Shown: positions 8,233 through 12,199 of the stretch, in pieces
How the letters are laid out: every line of letters begins with the position of its first letter
Position numbering within the stretch: position 1 is the stretch's first letter
NCBI GenBank assembly: GCA_016207465.1
Contig: JACQPP010000065.1
Coordinates: 1 to 12,199 of the forward strand
Direction of reading: 5' to 3'
From: Methanobacteriota archaeon
Lineage (GTDB): Archaea > Halobacteriota > Syntropharchaeia > JACQPP01
Length of the DNA: 12,199 nt
The notes under the pieces: generated by a model
Seen by the model: only the letters and a program-made list of their open reading frames with translations
Told to the model about the DNA's origin: nothing
Databases searched by the model: none
Translations under genes and position numbers: made by a program

Positions 8233-8327
8233 CTCGCTTCGCTCGCCAAAATTCCATAAAGATGGGTTCTACCGAGCCCCGAACCCCAGCACAACCTTTA
8301 TGTTTTTCCCCTGCGAGCGAAGCGAGC
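8233..8327. repeat. 15-bp perfect inverted repeat pair gctcgcttcgctcgc ... gcgagcgaagcgagc, 65 bp apart
   Basis: The 11-nt loops of hairpins 2 and 4 (tcgcttcgctc / gagcgaagcga) are exact reverse complements. With flanking bases this gives 15 bp of long-range complementarity (8233-8247 vs 8313-8327). Confidence 0.55.
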
Positions 8328-8369
8328 AGGGGAAAAACATCCCCGCCGAAGGCGGGGGGAAAACAGACC

Positions 8370-9125
8370 ATGCAAATCGAAGGCCTCTTCATCCTCGTCA
8401 TCCTGGCCCTCATCCTCCTGGCCTCCTCCTTCCGCATCATCCGCGAATACCAGCGGGCCGTCATCTTCCGCCTCGGACGCCTCATGGGGGCCGCCAAGGG
8501 GCCGGGCATCTTCTTCCGCATCCCCGGGGTGGACAAGTTCGTGGTGGTGGACCTCCGCACCATCACCTTCAACGTGCCCCCCCAGGACATCATCACCAAG
8601 GACAACATCACCGTGAAGGTGGACGCCGTGGTCTTCTACCGGGTCCTCGACGCCAACAAGGCCATCACCCAGGTAGAGCGCTACCACGTGGCCACCAGCC
8701 AGATTGCCGTCACCACCCTCCGGAGCGTCCTCGGCCAGGTGGAGATGGACGAACTCCTCTCCCACCGGGACAAGCTCAACGCCCAGGTCCAGAAGATTGT
8801 GGACGAGCACACCGGCCCCTGGGGGGTCAAGGTCAGCAACGTCGAAATCAAGGACGTGGTCCTCCCCGAGGGGCTCCAGCGGGCCATGGCGGCCCAGGCC
8901 GAGGCCGAGCGCAACCGCCGGGCCCGCATCGTGGAGGCCGAGGGGGAACTCCAGGCCAGCGCCAAACTCGCCGAGGCCGCCCAGGTCCTCCATGATACCC
9001 CCGGCGCCATGTTCGTCCGCTACCTCAAGACCGTCTCCGAGGCCACCCAGGAGAAGGCCACCACCATGATCATCCCCATCCCCGTCGAGTTCCTCCAGGC
9101 CCTCGGGATGAAGAAGGAGAAATAG
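8370..9125 (+). CDS. Stomatin/prohibitin (SPFH, band-7) family membrane protein
   Basis: The product starts with a TM helix (MQIEGLFILVILALILLASSF), followed by IIREYQRAVIFRLGRLMGAAKGPGIFFRIPGVDKFVVVDLRTITFNVPPQDIITKDNITVKVDAVVFYRV and a coiled-coil EAERNRRARIVEAEGE region, as in p-stomatin. Start chosen at ATG 8370. The in-frame upstream extension to 8229 is rejected because it is non-hydrophobic and spans the hairpins. Confidence 0.8.
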   Translation: MQIEGLFILVILALILLASSFRIIREYQRAVIFRLGRLMGAAKGPGIFFRIPGVDKFVVVDLRTITFNVPPQDIITKDNITVKVDAVVFYRVLDANKAITQVERYHVATSQIAVTTLRSVLGQVEMDELLSHRDKLNAQVQKIVDEHTGPWGVKVSNVEIKDVVLPEGLQRAMAAQAEAERNRRARIVEAEGELQASAKLAEAAQVLHDTPGAMFVRYLKTVSEATQEKATTMIIPIPVEFLQALGMKKEK

Positions 9126-9168
9126 GAAAAGCGGTAGCATTAAGTCCCCCCCGTCAGACCCAGCCTCC

Positions 9169-10053
9169 ATGGGCTCCCGCAGCTGGAGGAGGAGTTCCGG
9201 AGTCGCTTGGGTTGCCCTGTTCCTTGTGGCCTTCTCGACGGCCGCCCAGAGCGGGGAGGAGGCCATCCGGTACTCCGCGGACTACGAAATCCAGGAGGAC
9301 CTCATGGTCCAGGAGAGGCTCACGGTCGGCTTCCTCCAGCCGCCCCGGAACGAGACCCTCCGCTACCTCCGGCTGCCGTCGGAGGTCGCATCCCTGCGAG
9401 TCACCAACGAGACCTCGCCCCTGAAATTCCAGACCACCCCGGAGGGAGGGGGCTCCCTGGTGTCCGTCACCCTGCCCCCCGGGAGCCGCCAGCTCCGGGC
9501 CTCCTTCACCACCCGGGAGCCCATCTTCTCCCGGGGGGGCGAGTACCGTTTTTTCGCCTCCCTCCGCCCCCCCGGCGGGGCCGACCGGGTGGACATCTCG
9601 GTCACCCTGCCCCCCGGGGTCTCCCTCCTCCAGAACCGGGTCCTCCCATCCAACGCCACCGTCGGCTCCGACGGTCGGAGGGCCACCCTGCGGTGGACCC
9701 TCACCCATCCCTCCGGAGAAGTCACCATCTCAGTCCCCTTCGTCCCGCCGACGACCCCGTTCCCCTGGCTCCAGGTCCTGGCCGGGGTCCTCGGGGCCTC
9801 CTCAGGCGGCCTCTTCCTCCTCTACTTCCACATGCGCATGACCCAGGAGCGGCTCCGCGGCTTCTCCGAGGACGAACAGAAGGTCCTCCGGTTCCTCAAG
9901 ACCCGCCAGGAGGCCTACCAGGAGGAGGTCAAGGAGACCTTCGGCTTCTCCATGGCCAAGGTCAGCCGCATGGTGAAGCGACTCGAGGCCTCCGGCCTGG
10001 TGGAAAAGAAGAAAATCGGGCGCTCGAACAGGCTCTTCTGGAAAAAGCCCTGA
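9169..10053 (+). CDS. Membrane-anchored transcription regulator: signal peptide + extracellular domain + single TM + C-terminal winged helix-turn-helix
   Basis: N-terminal signal-like MGSRSWRRSSGVAWVALFLVAFSTAAQS. About 170 aa with three N-glycosylation sequons (NETL, NETS, NATV). TM helix PFPWLQVLAGVLGASSGGLFLLYF (about 9762-9830). C-terminus EQKVLRFLKTRQEAYQEEVKETFGFSMAKVSRMVKRLEASGLVEKKKIGRSNRLFW resembles a MarR/TrmB-type wHTH. Confidence 0.6.
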   Translation: MGSRSWRRSSGVAWVALFLVAFSTAAQSGEEAIRYSADYEIQEDLMVQERLTVGFLQPPRNETLRYLRLPSEVASLRVTNETSPLKFQTTPEGGGSLVSVTLPPGSRQLRASFTTREPIFSRGGEYRFFASLRPPGGADRVDISVTLPPGVSLLQNRVLPSNATVGSDGRRATLRWTLTHPSGEVTISVPFVPPTTPFPWLQVLAGVLGASSGGLFLLYFHMRMTQERLRGFSEDEQKVLRFLKTRQEAYQEEVKETFGFSMAKVSRMVKRLEASGLVEKKKIGRSNRLFWKKP

Positions 10054-10066
10054 ACCCGATTCCCCT

Positions 10067-10102
10067 CCGGGGCCCCCGCGGCCCCCGGTTTCACTCGTTT
10101 TC
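10067..10102 (+). terminator. GC-rich hairpin (ccgggg-cccccgcggc-ccccgg) followed by T-rich tract tttcactcgttttc
   Basis: 6-bp stem with self-complementary ccgcgg in the loop, 14 nt after the stop of the wHTH gene, then two T-runs. This is copy 0 of the GGGCCCCCGCGGCCC motif. Confidence 0.4.
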
Positions 10103-10104
10103 AG

Positions 10105-10215
10105 ACACTTCCGCACCCCTTCAGGGAGTTGTTAAGGGGTGGAAGCCAGCGAGTACTCCTTGGGCCCCCGCGGCCCAGGAGGCAAATCATGCAAGCGAAA
10201 GAAAGCCCTGCAGGA
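10105..10215 (+). repeat. Copy 1 of a duplicated ~100-bp promoter/leader/first-codon module (…aaggggtggaagcca…gggcccccgcggcccaggaggcaaatcATG…)
   Basis: Aligns at roughly 80% identity with 10450-10556, including the GGGCCCCCGCGGCCC semi-palindrome, the GGAGG Shine-Dalgarno 6 nt before the ATG, and the first ~9 codons (MQAKESPA vs MKEAKKSPA). Confidence 0.6.
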
Positions 10216-10413
10216 TTCACACCCCAGGCACAACTCGCAACCCCCATGGGGGGCCAGAACCGCCTGGAGGAGGCCATCGAGGTTTACCGGAGCCGCGGTG
10301 GACTTGTGACCGCGGCCCGGATTGCCGGGGTCTCCGTCCAGAGGATGATGGAGCTGCTCTTCCAGCGGGCCGTGGAGGAGCAGAACGCGCGGCGCAGGTC
10401 GCGGCCAGCGTAG
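10189..10413 (+). CDS. Small stand-alone helix-turn-helix protein (74 aa)
   Basis: ATG 10189 preceded by caggagg at 6-nt spacing. RLEEAIEVYRSRGGLVTAARIAGVSVQRMMELL resembles Psq/resolvase/transposase-N-type HTH_23/HTH_28 motifs. A basic C-terminal tail follows. The ORF-track entry begins at an upstream TTG, which I reject in favour of the SD-supported ATG. Confidence 0.55.
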   Translation: MQAKESPAGFTPQAQLATPMGGQNRLEEAIEVYRSRGGLVTAARIAGVSVQRMMELLFQRAVEEQNARRRSRPA

Positions 10414-10449
10414 GAGACAGACATGGAACCCCGACACACCCGCCTTCCG

Positions 10450-10556
10450 ACCTCTCCACACCCTTCCAAGAAGTCGTCAAGGGGTGGAAACCACAGCATG
10501 GGCCCCCGCGGCCCAGGAGGTGAATCATGAAAGAAGCGAAGAAAAGTCCAGCCAAT
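10450..10556 (+). repeat. Copy 2 of the duplicated promoter/leader/first-codon module (…caaggggtggaaacca…gggcccccgcggcccaggaggtgaatcATG…)
   Basis: Same architecture as 10105-10215: aaggggtggaa box, GGGCCCCCGCGGCCC at 10500-10514, GGAGGTGA SD at 10516-10523, ATG at 10527. Confidence 0.6.
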
Positions 10557-11798
10557 CTCACATGGGTCTTCCTCAGTATCGCCCTGGTGGCGGTCCTGGC
10601 TCCCGTCCAAGCAGGCTCGGACCCGGAACTCGCCGGGGCCGGGGGAAACCCCCTGGCGCCCTGCGGAGACATGGTGTGCGATGCGGCCGAGAGGGCCGAC
10701 CCCAACCTGTGTCCGCGGGACTGCGGCGGGGCATCGTCCCCCTCCCTGCCCTCCCCCACCGGAAACGCGACACCCGGGGGCCCCGGCTTCCCCGTCGTGG
10801 AGCAGCGCCACATCCGGCCGGAGTTCCAGACCCTCGGGCTCACCGGCATGGGGGTCGCTGTTTCGCCGGGCAGCCCCTCGGACTTCCATGTGGTCCGCGT
10901 CGGAGTCGCCACGGTCAACGTCATGGTCTTCGACGAGGCCCAGCAGGTCACCGTGGGAGTCCTCATCTTCGAGGACAGCCGATACAGCCTCAAGGACGTC
11001 TCCCTGGGCTCCGGCCGCATCAGCGCCACCATCTACCAGAAAGACAAGATGGTGGGAGCCCTCGAGCTCGCCAGCCGCCGCAAGGGCGGCCTCGAGGTGT
11101 GGGCGGGAGACATCACAGTCAACGGTGCCCGCATGAACGCCTACATCCTCCAGCCCCCCCGGCCTCCGACACCCGATGAATCGGGCGCGGACGCCCGGAG
11201 GTACTGCGAGACCAACCCCTCGGCGTGCAAGGGAGTGGCCCCCACCGGCTGCGACCCCGCCCAACCCGGCTGCCGGGCCGAAATCGGACAGTACTGCGCC
11301 ACCCACCCCAAGGAGATACGGTGCATCGCCCTCCAGAGAGGATTCTGCGCCAACAACACCAACGACGTGCGGTGCCGGAACACGGAGATTCCCGCCGACA
11401 TCGCCCCCCGGCTCGATGCCTTCTGCAAGCAGAAGCCGGACCTGTGCAGCGGCCTCGGGACCACCCGCGAGGAAATCCTCAGGAACTGCTCCTCGCCCAA
11501 CGCCCCCAAGCGCTGCGATGCCCTCATCCGGGACTACTGCACCGCCAACCCGGACCCTAACGACCCCGCATGCGCAGACAGCCGAGGCGAAGGACGCGGA
11601 CCGCCCCCGCCACCGGGCGCCCCAGGACAGGGATTCGGTCCTCCGGGCCAGGGACCCGGAGGACCGGGCCAAGGACCTGGCGCCCCCGGTGAGGGGCGCG
11701 GGCCCCCCGGCCCCGGACCCGGCAACCCCGGACAGAGAGGACCGGGCCCCTCCAGCCCTCCCCCAGGACTTGAGAACCGCACCGACCGCCTGCCATGA
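10527..11798 (+). CDS. Secreted modular protein: signal peptide, 4-Cys module, beta-rich domain, seven [YF]C-x6-10-C cysteine-pair repeats, GPGQG-like Gly/Pro-rich tail
   Basis: Strong SD. N-terminal signal peptide MKEAKKSPANLTWVFLSIALVAVLAPVQAGS. Module PCGDMVCDAAERADPNLCPRDCGG (nt 10662-10730). Residues 227-349 hold 14 Cys arranged as YCETNPSAC, GCDPAQPGC, YCATHPKEIRC, FCANNTNDVRC, FCKQKPDLC, NCSSPNAPKRC, YCTANPDPNDPAC. C-terminal GAPGQGFGPPGQGPGGPGQGPGAPGEGRGPPGPGPGNPGQRGPGP. Several N-x-S/T sequons. Confidence 0.7.
   Translation: MKEAKKSPANLTWVFLSIALVAVLAPVQAGSDPELAGAGGNPLAPCGDMVCDAAERADPNLCPRDCGGASSPSLPSPTGNATPGGPGFPVVEQRHIRPEFQTLGLTGMGVAVSPGSPSDFHVVRVGVATVNVMVFDEAQQVTVGVLIFEDSRYSLKDVSLGSGRISATIYQKDKMVGALELASRRKGGLEVWAGDITVNGARMNAYILQPPRPPTPDESGADARRYCETNPSACKGVAPTGCDPAQPGCRAEIGQYCATHPKEIRCIALQRGFCANNTNDVRCRNTEIPADIAPRLDAFCKQKPDLCSGLGTTREEILRNCSSPNAPKRCDALIRDYCTANPDPNDPACADSRGEGRGPPPPPGAPGQGFGPPGQGPGGPGQGPGAPGEGRGPPGPGPGNPGQRGPGPSSPPPGLENRTDRLP
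11586..11770 (+). repeat. Nucleotide-level degenerate tandem repeat encoding the Gly/Pro-rich (GPGQG-like) tail
   Basis: Recurring ggaccgggccaaggacct-type units encoding G-x-P-G-Q/E-G. The G-X-Y triplet periodicity required for a collagen helix is not maintained. Confidence 0.5.
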
Positions 11799-12016
11799 AG
11801 CCCCGGACTCTCCTCTGGCTGGCGGTCGGCCTCGGCGGAGCCGCGGTCGCGGCCCTCCTCCTCGCTGGCCTGACTCCCGCGGCCTCCCCGCTGCCGGCAG
11901 CCCAGGCCAGGAGCCCGGAGGTGCTGGCCCAGGAGGCCCTGGAGCGGGAACTCAACCAGACCCTGGAGAAGGTGAGCATCGATGAAATCGAGCAACTCCT
12001 GCTATCGGCCCAGTAA
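11795..12016 (+). CDS. Small signal-anchored protein (73 aa) with acidic amphipathic C-terminal helix, translationally coupled to the upstream gene
   Basis: ATGA overlap with the stop of the 10527-11798 gene. MKPRTLLWLAVGLGGAAVAALLLAGL hydrophobic N-terminus, then SPEVLAQEALERELNQTLEKVSIDEIEQLLLSAQ. Confidence 0.5.
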   Translation: MKPRTLLWLAVGLGGAAVAALLLAGLTPAASPLPAAQARSPEVLAQEALERELNQTLEKVSIDEIEQLLLSAQ

Positions 12017-12041
12017 GACAGAACAACCCAACGCCCCCCCA

Positions 12042-12199
12042 GTGGCCGAAGGGGAGAACCCCCTTCGGCCCTACCTTTTCCTTGCCCTGGCAATCGCCGC
12101 CGCGGTCCTGGTCTCCGGGTGCAGCCAGGGTCCACCCTCTCCCCTGCCGCTACCGCAGTCCCCGACCCCTCCGCCTTCGGCGCAGCCGCCGCAGTCCCA
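12042..12199 (+). CDS. Putative lipoprotein, N-terminal fragment (3' end outside window); start uncertain
   Basis: Frame open to the window end. It encodes ...RPYLFLALAIAAAVLVSGCSQGPPSPLPLPQSPTPPPSAQPPQS, a hydrophobic h-region with an LVSGC lipobox followed by a Pro/Ser/Thr/Gln-rich linker typical of archaeal lipoproteins and substrate-binding proteins. The candidate GTG start at 12042 lies inside the upstream hairpin. Confidence 0.3.
   Translation, partial: MAEGENPLRPYLFLALAIAAAVLVSGCSQGPPSPLPLPQSPTPPPSAQPPQS
12044..12080 (+). terminator. Hairpin ggccgaagggg-agaac-ccccttcggcc followed by T-rich tract (ccctaccttttcc)
   Basis: 11-bp perfect stem at 12044-12054 / 12060-12070 with 5-nt loop, 28 nt after the TAA of the small coupled gene, then T-runs. 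Confidence 0.4.

Larger units (their letters stand above)
8196..8369 (+). other. Highly structured 174-bp intergenic region (five hairpins), candidate ncRNA or structured 5' leader of the stomatin gene
   Basis: Hairpins at 8203-8219, 8222-8256 (12-bp stem tggaattttggc/gccaaaattcca), 8264-8286 (gggttc/gaaccc), 8308-8332 (cccctgc/gcagggg) and 8341-8357 (ccccgcc-gaa-ggcgggg). Confidence 0.4.

Noticed and set aside
8229-8369. In-frame N-terminal extension of the stomatin ORF (TTG 8229 or ATG 8262)
   Set aside because: The extension is basic and non-hydrophobic, spans the hairpin-rich spacer, and precedes the conserved TM-helix start (MQIEGLF…) typical of stomatins. The open frame is attributed to GC bias.
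8196-8369. tRNA, CRISPR repeat or C/D-box sRNA in the structured spacer
   Set aside because: There is no cloverleaf with a T-loop-like GTTCRA, no regularly spaced identical direct repeats, and no convincing RUGAUGA/CUGA box pair. Only the hairpin and complementary-loop architecture is reported.
10129-10188. TTG-initiated 20-codon N-terminal extension of the small HTH ORF as listed in the ORF track
   Set aside because: The ATG at 10189 has a well-spaced GGAGG Shine-Dalgarno. The region upstream is the conserved non-coding leader shared with the next gene.
11586-11770. Collagen-like triple-helix domain in the Gly/Pro-rich tail
   Set aside because: Strict G-X-Y periodicity breaks within two or three triplets in every register. 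The repeat is G-x-P-G-Q/E-G-like instead.
11982-12199. ATG at 11982 as start of the putative lipoprotein
   Set aside because: It would give a ~30-residue polar n-region (MKSSNSCYRPSKTEQPNAPPVAEGENPLRPY…) before the hydrophobic core, which is atypical for signal peptides, and it overlaps the end of the 73-aa gene. GTG 12042 is kept as a tentative alternative.

Overview
This is a visibly G+C-rich archaeal chromosomal segment. The first ~9 kb is a run of housekeeping genes recognisable from the translations: the C-terminal end of a thermosome subunit with a GGM-repeat tail, a class-I archaeal CCA-adding enzyme co-transcribed with an unknown 186-aa protein, an AbrB/SpoVT-type regulator followed by two small membrane proteins, archaeal-type threonyl-tRNA synthetase, Ogt/MGMT DNA-repair methyltransferase, a UbiA-family prenyltransferase resembling DGGGP synthase, archaeal S-adenosylmethionine synthetase, and a stomatin/SPFH protein. 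Genes are tightly packed, there are divergent AT-rich TATA-like promoters, and several transcripts look leaderless. The last ~3 kb (about 9.1-12.2 kb) looks more accessory-like. It holds a membrane-anchored winged-HTH protein, a small stand-alone HTH protein, and a large secreted modular protein, followed by a translationally coupled small anchored protein and the start of a probable lipoprotein. The secreted protein has a disulfide module, a beta-rich domain, seven [YF]C-x6-10-C cysteine-pair repeats and a GPGQG-like Gly/Pro-rich tail. The two middle genes are preceded by a duplicated ~100-bp promoter/leader/first-codon module. That module carries a semi-palindromic GGGCCCCCGCGGCCC element, which occurs three times in this stretch. 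I flag this cluster as the best candidate for an undescribed envelope or surface system under one-component transmembrane control. The 174-bp mat-stomatin spacer is unusually structured: five hairpins, two with mutually complementary loops, equivalent to a 15-bp perfect inverted repeat pair. Many long ORFs in the six-frame track are antisense or alternate-frame artefacts of the high G+C content and were rejected.
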